Shown piece after piece: positions 9,999-18,916 of a stretch of 64,000 nt of DNA. Below the pieces are notes generated by a model. That model was given only the letters and a program-made list of their open reading frames with translations. It was not told where the DNA came from and did not search any database. Every line of letters starts with the position of its first letter. Positions within the stretch are counted from its first letter, which is position 1. The DNA comes from Candidatus Coprovivens sp. (lineage in GTDB: Bacteria; Bacillota_I; Bacilli_A; RF39; UBA660), in NCBI GenBank assembly GCA_051892935.1, contig JBJFGS010000024.1:64001-128000 (forward strand), in the 5' to 3' direction. The translations under genes were made by a program, and so were the position numbers.

Positions 9999-10215
9999 TT
10001 TATCCTTCTAATTATTTTTTTATATCTATTCGGTTGTATTATATCATTATTTTTAATTTATTTTCTAATTTTCTACTATTTTGTTTCTTGATTGATTGCT
10101 TGTTTTTAAATATCTTTTATTAGTTTCACTATATATTTCAAAATGAAAAAAACACTTTACAAAACAAGTGATTTCTATTTAAAACTTGATTAAAATATTT
10201 CAAGTAAAATTCTAA

Positions 10216-10572
10216 TGGTGGAGTAGAGGAGAATCGAACTCCTGTCCAAGATACTCTGCAATACAACGTCTACAAGTTTAGTTAGATTTTTAATTTCATT
10301 AAGCGGCCGGCTATAACGTACCTACCATCTTAACTATTCTAAGTAATATTCATTACTATATCTTAGAAACTATAGTAATATACTCTGTATGTATGAACCC
10401 TTATATTAATCTACAGATAAAACTAATTAAGAGTGCTCCCAAACCTTATATTAGGCAAAAACAGGAGCGAAACTATATGAAGTTTCGTCATTTAATTTTA
10501 AGTTTGAATTTTAGGTATTCCTACCACTTGCAGTCATACTCAGATATACCCTGTCGAAACCAAGTCTACCCC
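10216..10572 (-). ncRNA. ssrA: tmRNA; predicted tag (A)DETSYSFAPVFA* at 10451-10489
   Basis: 5' GGGGTAGACTTGGTTTCGAC and 3' GGAGTTCGATTCTCCTCTACTCCACCA form an Ala-type acceptor stem with G3.U; about 357 nt; internal tag ORF after AATTAAAT. Confidence 0.95.
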
Positions 10573-10682
10573 ATGTATGTAGTAATTATAACATATTTTT
10601 AGAGTTTTTACTAATTTATACATATGATTTAAGTGAAATAATACGGATAATTAAGTAATTAGTTTATTTTATGTGGCATTTT

Positions 10683-10796
10683 TTGATGTATTGTTAGAGA
10701 TATGATATACTTTAGACGAGTTGAAAAATTACTATTACTAAGAATTGCTCTTTATATATAGATAAAGTTGACATTTCAAGCTTATAATGGTAGTAT
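10683..10796 (+). promoter_or_regulatory. Tandem sigma-A promoters for the 10839-14825 unit
   Basis: TTGATG-17-TATACT with TGn extension (10683-10711) and TTGACA-17-TAGTAT with TGn extension (10768-10796). Confidence 0.55.
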
Positions 10797-10838
10797 AACT
10801 ACTCGTAAAAAGAAATTTTTCTAAAGGGGGAATTAGAA

Positions 10839-12614
10839 ATGAATTCTAGAGAATGTTATGAAATATTAGGAATACCTAATGGTTATAATCAAGATGATTT
10901 TGATGATGTTGTATTCGATGCTTATATTAAAAAAAATCGAGCACTACAAGCTAAACTGGATAGAAAGGAAATAAGTTACCAAGAATATATTCATTTATTG
11001 GGGCAATTAACTGAAGCTAAAAATACTTTAAGTTCATTAAGAAAAAGTAAAATAACTCCTAGCGAAGAAAGAGTTATAGAGACGGATGATAGGGAAATGA
11101 GTCCATTGGTTGATGGAGGAATTGGTTCAGTAGATGATGAAGAAATGGGTTTAGATACCGATGGTGGTGAGTATCGTGAGCTTGGTGACTTTTTAGGTCA
11201 AGATGATTATGATGATATTGACGACTCTTTAGACCAAGATGATTATGAAACAGGTGCAGTTTCAAGGCCTAAAACAAAAAGTACTAATGGAAATGCTTTT
11301 AGAAGAGTTCTTGCTACTGCTGGTTGTGTGGTAGTTATTGGAGGTTCTATTGCTTTAGGTTGGTTTTTACATAATGCTTTAGATAAAAAAGCTGACTTAA
11401 ATAATGTTGTTGGTGTAGAAGCAGTTGTTGAGGAAACACAAAATCCAAATTACAATACTGAAGCTCCTACTGAGACAACTATTCCTGCTGAAACAGCTAC
11501 TCCGACTGAAGAAGTAGTGGAAGTAAAACCAATGGTAATGAACTATGGTGATATTTCTGATACAAATTTAGTTCAACAAAGAGCTACTAATGTTGCTAAT
11601 CAATTAAGTAAAGCTGGTGTTATTAATATGAATACTGGTTTACCTTATACAGTTGATGAGATTATTAAAGTAAATCAATTTATTTGCGGAGCTTATGTTC
11701 CAGAAGTTGAAGCTGAAGCTTATTCAATGGTTAATGATTATTTAAATTTCTGTATTATGGATAGTGATTTAACTATTGCATTTGCTAATGTAAACGGTAT
11801 TGATTGGAATAGTATTGAGGAGCAAGAATTACTAAACGCTTTAAAAAATACTGATTTACCAAATCTTCAAAGATTACAAGAAACAACACCTAAAATAATG
11901 ATTGTAGATAATATGTTATATGGAGATGTTTCAGTTGCTGCTTATAATTATTTAAAGATGTTTGAAAGTAAGTATCAAGAAATGATATATTCAACTGATC
12001 AAAAATTATGTGATGATATATATTTAGACTTAACTTATTCTTTAACTAGATTAAGAGTTAATGGTGAATATACATTCACATGGAATAATGAGCAATATAC
12101 AGTAACGATGAATGACTTTAGTGGTAAAGATAAAATCAATGCTGGTAATATTTTACAATATTATGTATTTATGTATCAAACTGCATTCTCTAAAATTGAA
12201 GAAGCTAAAATGAATGAACTTGGAAATCTAGTATACGATGGTATAGATGATCCTTCTGGTGATAAATACACATATACTTATGTTCCTGGTGAGGTTCATG
12301 GAGAGACTGTTGAAGATTCAGAACATTTAATAGGTTATCATGATGAAAATATTTCATTAGATGATAGTGTTAATTATGCAGATCATAAATATCTTGAAAC
12401 AACTGAATATTTTAATGCTGCATGTTATCAAAGTATATCTTTAGAAGATATTGCTTTAGATGATGATGGATATATTTTCCTAATTGGAAATCAAGAAGGA
12501 GAAAATTTCTCAACTATGAATCAAGTTAATTCTATTAATGCTGCATTAGCTAACTTCTATGCAAAAGGATTAGATTATTATAACCAAACATTCAATAAAA
12601 CATTGAAAAAATAA
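10839..12614 (+). CDS. Single-pass membrane protein with N-terminal J-domain-like region lacking HPD
   Basis: CYEILGI...AYIKK...LTEAKNTLS; acidic cytoplasmic linker; TM RRVLATAGCVVVIGGSIALGWFLH; Thr/Glu/Pro stalk; about 370-aa outer domain. Confidence 0.8.
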   Translation: MNSRECYEILGIPNGYNQDDFDDVVFDAYIKKNRALQAKLDRKEISYQEYIHLLGQLTEAKNTLSSLRKSKITPSEERVIETDDREMSPLVDGGIGSVDDEEMGLDTDGGEYRELGDFLGQDDYDDIDDSLDQDDYETGAVSRPKTKSTNGNAFRRVLATAGCVVVIGGSIALGWFLHNALDKKADLNNVVGVEAVVEETQNPNYNTEAPTETTIPAETATPTEEVVEVKPMVMNYGDISDTNLVQQRATNVANQLSKAGVINMNTGLPYTVDEIIKVNQFICGAYVPEVEAEAYSMVNDYLNFCIMDSDLTIAFANVNGIDWNSIEEQELLNALKNTDLPNLQRLQETTPKIMIVDNMLYGDVSVAAYNYLKMFESKYQEMIYSTDQKLCDDIYLDLTYSLTRLRVNGEYTFTWNNEQYTVTMNDFSGKDKINAGNILQYYVFMYQTAFSKIEEAKMNELGNLVYDGIDDPSGDKYTYTYVPGEVHGETVEDSEHLIGYHDENISLDDSVNYADHKYLETTEYFNAACYQSISLEDIALDDDGYIFLIGNQEGENFSTMNQVNSINAALANFYAKGLDYYNQTFNKTLKK

Positions 12615-12635
12615 TAATAGATTGGAGGAATAATT

Positions 12636-14825
12636 ATGTACGATGAAAATAATATTACTTATAGAGTTGGTATAAACTGGAAAGATATATTAGTAAAAAT
12701 AATTATGTTAATTCTATTTATCTTATTACTATTATGGATATTTCCTAAAGCTGATTTAGATGTGTTTTACGATCAAGTTTATACTAATAATATAAAAACT
12801 ATGAAAGAAGCTGCTAGAAATTATTATACTGTTGATAGGTTACCTAAATCTGTTGGTGATCAAACATCTATGACATTAAAAGAAATGGTAGATAATAAAA
12901 TGATTATAAGATTTACTGATAAAGATGGTAAAACTTGTGATGAATCTAGTAGTGGTATTGAAATTACGAAAACTTCTGATAATGAATATACAATGAAGGT
13001 AGAACTTAATTGTGGAGATCAAAAAGATTATATATTAGAAACTATCGGATGTACTACTGTTTGTTCTAATGGTACTTGTCAAACAATTATTAATAACGGA
13101 AATAATAGTAGTAATATAGTTGCTGATGGTTCATCAAATAATGGTTATAATAATGGAACTGGATCTACTAATAATAGTGATACTGTTCAAGATAATACTG
13201 ATTGGGAAAGTATGACAGGTAGTTCGAAAGATGATGTGTATAAAATAAAAGTTACATATTATCAACATAAGAAAGCTGTAACTACTACAAAGACTGTTTA
13301 TACTTGTCCTGATGGTTATACTAAGAATGGTACTAAATGTACTAAGAAAACTACTGGTGCTACTATAGATGCTACTCCTGTATATAATCCTGATACTGTA
13401 GAAACTACTGATGCAAAATTTAATTATAATGGATCATATACAATATATGCTGATCCTATAAAGACTAAAGTTGATACTGATATAAGTTGTCCTACTGGAT
13501 ATACCTTGAATGGAGCTTATTGTATTAAATATACTGATGCTACTGAAGTAAAAGGTGAAACTACTTATACTTGTCCTAGTGGTTATACTAAGAATGGTAC
13601 TAAATGTACTAAGAGTTATGATGCTACATATAAAGCTGGAGCTACAACATATACTTGTCCTAATGGTGGTACTTTAAATGGTACTAAGTGTGTATTAACT
13701 ACTACTGCTACTTCTAATACTGAATATACTTGTCCTAGTGGTTATACTAAGAATGGTACTAGTTGTTATAAAGTTTATACAGCTACTTCTAAAACTTCAT
13801 ATACATGTCCTAATGGTGGTTCTTTAAGTGGTACTAAGTGTGTAACTTCTTCAAGTTATAATGCTACTGCTTCAACAGTTTATGGAAGTTGGGTGAGTCA
13901 AGGTACTAAGTATTATACTTCTGCTGGTCAAGCTTATACTGGTGATACTTCAAAATTAGTATATGTTGGTAAAATAACTGGTGCTGCTTGTGGTAGTCCT
14001 TGTGGAAACTCTGGTATTTGGTATAAATATACATATTATACTAGAAGTAAAACTACTAAATATACATGTCCTAATGGTGGTTCTTTAAGTGGTACTAAGT
14101 GTGTAACTTCTTCAAGTTATAATGCTACTGCTAATACTACTTATACTTGTCCTAATGGTGGTACTCAAAGTGGTGGTAAATGTACATTAACAGCTAATGC
14201 TACTGCCAATACTACTTATACTTGTCCTAGTGGTTATACTAGAAATGGTACTACTTGTACTAAAACATATGATGCTACTGCTAATACTGGAGCAGGATCA
14301 TATACTTGTCCTAATGGTGGTACTTTAAATGGTAGTAAGTGTATTGTTACTATAGATGCTACTCCTACTACTGGAGCTACTACATATAGTTGTCCTACTG
14401 GATATACTTATAATGAAACATTGAAGAAATGTGAATATAAGATTACTGCTACAATTACTGATGTTTATGAATATAGTTGCCCTACTGGTTATACAAAATC
14501 TGGTGAAGGTGAAAAAACTATTTGTTCTAAGACTACTCAAGGTGAAAAAGTATATTATTGTGAAAATGCAAATGCTGTATTAAATGGTACTAAGTGTATT
14601 TTAACAATAAAAGGTGGCATTAAGAATTATACTTGTCCTACTGGTTATACATTAAATGGTACTAAGTGTACTAAGAATTCAGTTGTTACTATTGATGCTA
14701 CAGCTACTACTAAGAAATCTACTACATATAAATATAAATGGAGTAAGAGTTCTCAGTTAGATGGTTGGACATTTACTGGTAAAACTAAAGTTGTTGAAGA
14801 AACTTATACAGCTGGACAAAAATAA
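12636..14825 (+). CDS. Membrane-anchored Cys-loop repeat surface protein (putative stalked adhesin with pilin-like base)
   Basis: GGAGG RBS; N-terminal TM; helix + disulfide domain; Asn/Ser linker; 14 Y-x-C-P-x-G-x(6-11)-C modules (one degenerate). Confidence 0.85.
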   Translation: MYDENNITYRVGINWKDILVKIIMLILFILLLLWIFPKADLDVFYDQVYTNNIKTMKEAARNYYTVDRLPKSVGDQTSMTLKEMVDNKMIIRFTDKDGKTCDESSSGIEITKTSDNEYTMKVELNCGDQKDYILETIGCTTVCSNGTCQTIINNGNNSSNIVADGSSNNGYNNGTGSTNNSDTVQDNTDWESMTGSSKDDVYKIKVTYYQHKKAVTTTKTVYTCPDGYTKNGTKCTKKTTGATIDATPVYNPDTVETTDAKFNYNGSYTIYADPIKTKVDTDISCPTGYTLNGAYCIKYTDATEVKGETTYTCPSGYTKNGTKCTKSYDATYKAGATTYTCPNGGTLNGTKCVLTTTATSNTEYTCPSGYTKNGTSCYKVYTATSKTSYTCPNGGSLSGTKCVTSSSYNATASTVYGSWVSQGTKYYTSAGQAYTGDTSKLVYVGKITGAACGSPCGNSGIWYKYTYYTRSKTTKYTCPNGGSLSGTKCVTSSSYNATANTTYTCPNGGTQSGGKCTLTANATANTTYTCPSGYTRNGTTCTKTYDATANTGAGSYTCPNGGTLNGSKCIVTIDATPTTGATTYSCPTGYTYNETLKKCEYKITATITDVYEYSCPTGYTKSGEGEKTICSKTTQGEKVYYCENANAVLNGTKCILTIKGGIKNYTCPTGYTLNGTKCTKNSVVTIDATATTKKSTTYKYKWSKSSQLDGWTFTGKTKVVEETYTAGQK
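13799..14132 (+). repeat. Perfect 73-bp direct repeat (13799-13871 and 14060-14132) flanking the central tip domain
   Basis: ATATACATGTCCTAATGGTGGTTCTTTAAGTGGTACTAAGTGTGTAACTTCTTCAAGTTATAATGCTACTGCT twice, 261 bp apart, same frame. Confidence 0.9.
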
Positions 14826-14826
14826 T

Positions 14827-14856
14827 AAAAAAGACTTAAAATTTAAGTCTTTTTTT
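14827..14856. terminator. Bidirectional terminator
   Basis: AAAAAAGACTTAAA-a-TTTAAGTCTTTTTT. Confidence 0.8.
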
Positions 14857-14886
14857 ATGATAAATCATCTTATTAAAAACAAGGAG

Positions 14887-16464
14887 TTATACTCCTTGTT
14901 CTTTTTCTGTATTTTCAACTGAAATATCTTCTGGATTTTCATTTTCTTGAGTATTTTCATTAGATGGATTTTCAATTGTTGGTTCTTCTTCATTATTATT
15001 TTCTTGAATATCTTCTAAAGGTTCTTCTATTGTTTCTTCTTCATTTTCTTGATGTACTAATATATATAATTTACCATTATCTAGGACTAGCAGTTCATTA
15101 TTATCTGTATTTAATATTAAGTATTTATTATTATCTGTAGATACAATATATCTTAGGTCTGATGCTGTTGGAGCATCATCTAGTTCTTTAAATGAATCTT
15201 TTATATTATTAAGGTATGATTCATCATCACTGAATGAATCTTTTGTTAATGATTCACTATAATATACTTTTGTATCTGTTTGATATTCATTTAGTCCTAT
15301 TAACATCATTTTATATATACCATTGTCTTCTACTATGATAAATTGTATTATATCTTCTAATATTACTTCTTGGTTAGTTTTTAGATTAGTTATACTAAGT
15401 TCATATGCATCATTTAATGATACTTTTAGATGCAAATTTTTTATTGTATATTCTGTATATACTGGACTTATTATTTCTTGATATGCAATATTTTTCTCTT
15501 CATATTCATAGCAAATTTGTTCATTTTCTACTGTTGGAACAAAATTAATTCCAAAGAAGAAAATAATGGCTGCTAAGATATAGTATTTAGAACGTTTTTT
15601 AGATTTTGTTAATTCTTCTGGAGTAAGATTTTCTCCTTCAATATACCCTTGAGTTTTGTTTTTTCTTAAAACATATAACCCTACCATTGTACTTGCTAAT
15701 GCTATAAGTAATGATGTTATTAACGAAAATATTTTTCCTTCTAATGATGAAGTTGCATCTGTACAAGCTTTAATAACGTTTATTTCGCCTAAAAATATTG
15801 AAAGATCCCAATATCCATGTAAGAATACTACTGACCATATATTTTTAGTTCTATAGTAGATTGAACCTAGTAAGAATCCTAATCCTACAGCTTGGACTAT
15901 TTGAGCAATCGTTTCTATTACACTTTGCCCTCCTATCCAAATGTTACTAATATGAATTCCACCAAATATTAAAGATGATAAAAAAATACTTAGTATTACA
16001 CCTTTTCTTGTGTTATCAAATCGTTCTAGGAATTCATTTTGAATCCAACCACGACACAAGAATTCTTCAAATATACCAATGAATAAGCAAAATATTATTA
16101 AAGAACCTAGGTCTAATATGTTTATTGTTCCTTTTATTGAAGTTATAGAAATACCTAAAAGAATTGTTGCTATTACAGTTATATATCCACCTACTAGTAG
16201 TGATTTTAGAAATCCTGTTTTCTTTTCAGTAAATATATATGAATTTTTAAATAGTAACAATACAATAAGTATTATAAAAGCACATACCGCTTCTACTATA
16301 GCTGATGAACCATATTTTCCATAAAGAAACATTCTTGATATGATTGGATATAGTAGACCATTTACTATATCAAAGATAATCATCGATAAGACCATTACAA
16401 TAAAGAATATTATTATATTTTTTGTTCCTTTTGATTTGGTTACTTCTTTTTGTTCATTTTCCAT
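14887..16464 (-). CDS. CPBP/Abi (Rce1-like) intramembrane glutamic endopeptidase with extracellular domain and acidic tail
   Basis: FEEFLCRG, FGGIH and HGYWD motifs; GGAG RBS supports start at 16464. Confidence 0.9.
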   Translation of the reverse strand: MENEQKEVTKSKGTKNIIIFFIVMVLSMIIFDIVNGLLYPIISRMFLYGKYGSSAIVEAVCAFIILIVLLLFKNSYIFTEKKTGFLKSLLVGGYITVIATILLGISITSIKGTINILDLGSLIIFCLFIGIFEEFLCRGWIQNEFLERFDNTRKGVILSIFLSSLIFGGIHISNIWIGGQSVIETIAQIVQAVGLGFLLGSIYYRTKNIWSVVFLHGYWDLSIFLGEINVIKACTDATSSLEGKIFSLITSLLIALASTMVGLYVLRKNKTQGYIEGENLTPEELTKSKKRSKYYILAAIIFFFGINFVPTVENEQICYEYEEKNIAYQEIISPVYTEYTIKNLHLKVSLNDAYELSITNLKTNQEVILEDIIQFIIVEDNGIYKMMLIGLNEYQTDTKVYYSESLTKDSFSDDESYLNNIKDSFKELDDAPTASDLRYIVSTDNNKYLILNTDNNELLVLDNGKLYILVHQENEEETIEEPLEDIQENNNEEEPTIENPSNENTQENENPEDISVENTEKEQGV

Positions 16465-16547
16465 TTTTCTACTCCTTTCTATTGTATTTAATATAACAAT
16501 TTTGTTTCTTTTAAGCAATAAAAAAAGTTATTTTTTTATAACTTTTT

Positions 16548-18914
16548 TTAACCTCTTAATTTAGCTCCTGTTTTTTCTTCTACTTCTTTAATTATTCTAT
16601 TGAATATTTCCATTACCTCGTTGTCTAGTAAAGTTTTTGTTGCATCTTTAAATACTAGTTTATATGCTATTGATTTTTTGTTTTCTTCTAAATTTTCATA
16701 TACATCAAATACTTGTACTGTGTCTAATAGTCTTCCTCCAGATTTTTTAATTTGATTTTTAATTATTTCACTTTCAATATTGTTATCTACTATAAAAGCT
16801 AAATCTTTAGTTATTTCTGGGTATTTTGATGCTTCTTTAAATTTTATAGGTTTAATTTCTTTATTATATAGTTTTGTCATTGATACTTCTGCCACATAGA
16901 TTTCATCTTTTTTATATGATGGATGAACTCGTCCTAACATACCTATTTCTTCTTTATCTAATAGTATTTTAGCTGTCATACCAGGATGCATTTCTGGTAA
17001 AGAGCTTGCTATGAAAGTATATCTATTTTTGAATCCTAAATAATCTAGAAGATTTTCTATAATTCCTTTTAAAGTGTAGAAATCACATTTTGTAGTGTTA
17101 TGTAGACAATCATTTATTAGATAGTTTCCTTTCATAAGGATAGATACTTTGGTATCTTCGTTATATTCTTTGTCATATGTTTTGGCAATTTCATATAGTA
17201 GAATATCTTTTATATTGCGAGATTTATTATATTCATATACATTAATTAGAGATGGTATTAGGGAAGTTCTTACTACTGATTTGTCTATACTCATTGGATT
17301 TGGTAGGACTACTGCTTCTTTGTTTTCATATTTGAATTTTGAAGCCATTTCTGGACTAGTTAATGTGTATGTCTTTGTTTCATTTAAACCTAGTAATCTT
17401 AATCTTTTAGATATTTGTTTTCTTATACCAACATCTCCTACATAAGTTCCACGTCTTATTGGGACTCTTGGTAATGTTGATTCTAAGTTTTCATAACCAT
17501 ATAGTCGACCTATTTCTTCTGCTATATCATTAACATTTGGATCAATATCTAATCTTCTTCTAGGAATAGTTACATGGAATGTATCTTTTTCTAATTTATA
17601 TGGAAACATTAATCTATCTAATTCTGTTTCTACATCTTTATCGGTTAAAGTTAGTCCTAGTAGAGTAGATACTTCAATAGTTTTAAATGTTACTATTTTT
17701 TCTGTTTTATCAATTTTATCATGAATTGCTGTTCCCTTTAATACTTGAGCATTTGCATATTTTTCTAGAAGATAGCAAGCTCTTTTTAAGGCAGCATCAG
17801 TATATTCGTAAGATAGACCTTTACCATAACGAATTGATGCTTCACTACGTAAATCTAGGCGTGATGAGGTATATCTAATACTTACTGAGTCGAAAATTGC
17901 ACTTTCTATTAAAATATCTTTTGTTGTTTCGTCAACATCTGTATTTTCTCCACCCATTACTCCTGCTATACATACTGGTTTATTACCATCTGTTATAACT
18001 ATATCATTTGATACTAAATCTCTTTTTTGACCATCTAGTGTAATTATAGTTTCTCCTTCTTTTGCTTGTCTTACTAGTATTTTATCTCCTAGCTTATCTT
18101 TATCAAAAAAGTGTAATGGTTGACCATATTCTAGCATTACATAGTTTGAGATATCTACTACATTGTTAATTGGTCTCATTCCAGCGGCTATTAGCCTTTT
18201 TTTAATGAATTCTGGTGACTCTTTTATTTCTACACCTTTAACCATTTTTGCTGTATAGTAAGGACATTTTTCGGTTTTTACTTCTACTTTTATATGTTTA
18301 TTTACATCATCATTTATTTCTTTATAGTCTGATTCTGGTAGTGATACTTTTTTATTTAGAATTGATGCTATTTCATAAGCAAATCCAATGTGGTAATAGC
18401 AGTCATTATTACGATGTTTATGGACGTCTAATTCATATAGAGTATCATCTGTACCTAAAAGGATGTTTGCGTCTGTACCAGGCTCTAAATCGGTTTCTAA
18501 TACCTCTATTCCTTTTGCATATGTTTCTTCTGTCTTTTCTTCGATACCAAGTTCGAATAAAGCACATATCATACCGTTTGATTCTTGGCCACGAATTTTT
18601 CCTGATTTTATTTCAAAATCACCAGGTAGTATGCAACCAGGTAATGCTACTAGTACTTTTATCCCAGCTTTAACATTTGGTGCACCACAAACTATTTGAG
18701 TTGTTGTTTTTCCTATATTAACTTGGCAAATATGTAAATGATCACTATCTGGATGATTGGTGCATTCTATAATTTCTCCTATTACTAGATTTTCAATACG
18801 ACTATCTACTACTTTTTCTACATTAACTCCTGCTTTAGTTATTTTAACTGCAAGTTCATGTAAATCTTCTTTTTCTAAATCAATATAATCTTTTACCCAA
18901 TTTAAACTTATCAT
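16548..18914 (-). CDS. pheT: Phenylalanine-tRNA ligase beta subunit
   Basis: HPDSDHL, QIVCGAPNV, RPINNVVDISNYVMLEYGQPLHFFD, EEIGRLYGY, FDX-ACB C-terminus. Confidence 0.98.
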   Translation of the reverse strand: MISLNWVKDYIDLEKEDLHELAVKITKAGVNVEKVVDSRIENLVIGEIIECTNHPDSDHLHICQVNIGKTTTQIVCGAPNVKAGIKVLVALPGCILPGDFEIKSGKIRGQESNGMICALFELGIEEKTEETYAKGIEVLETDLEPGTDANILLGTDDTLYELDVHKHRNNDCYYHIGFAYEIASILNKKVSLPESDYKEINDDVNKHIKVEVKTEKCPYYTAKMVKGVEIKESPEFIKKRLIAAGMRPINNVVDISNYVMLEYGQPLHFFDKDKLGDKILVRQAKEGETIITLDGQKRDLVSNDIVITDGNKPVCIAGVMGGENTDVDETTKDILIESAIFDSVSIRYTSSRLDLRSEASIRYGKGLSYEYTDAALKRACYLLEKYANAQVLKGTAIHDKIDKTEKIVTFKTIEVSTLLGLTLTDKDVETELDRLMFPYKLEKDTFHVTIPRRRLDIDPNVNDIAEEIGRLYGYENLESTLPRVPIRRGTYVGDVGIRKQISKRLRLLGLNETKTYTLTSPEMASKFKYENKEAVVLPNPMSIDKSVVRTSLIPSLINVYEYNKSRNIKDILLYEIAKTYDKEYNEDTKVSILMKGNYLINDCLHNTTKCDFYTLKGIIENLLDYLGFKNRYTFIASSLPEMHPGMTAKILLDKEEIGMLGRVHPSYKKDEIYVAEVSMTKLYNKEIKPIKFKEASKYPEITKDLAFIVDNNIESEIIKNQIKKSGGRLLDTVQVFDVYENLEENKKSIAYKLVFKDATKTLLDNEVMEIFNRIIKEVEEKTGAKLRG

Positions 18915-18916
18915 TA

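Noticed and set aside
10552-10558. Perfect 0A box TGTCGAA
   Set aside because: It is the complement of the conserved TTCGAC in the tmRNA 5' domain
10393-10602. 69-aa ORF
   Set aside because: Antisense to tmRNA
13299-14705. Regularly spaced DNA repeats (ACTTGTCCTA.TGGT...GGTACTAAGTGT) as a CRISPR or other non-coding array
   Set aside because: Repeats are in frame within one ORF, vary at synonymous sites, encode Cys-loops, and no cas genes are present
12636-14825. Calling the Cys-repeat protein TraN of a conjugative element
   Set aside because: Similar CPxG repeats occur in TraN, but there are no T4SS genes nearby and no other TraN features
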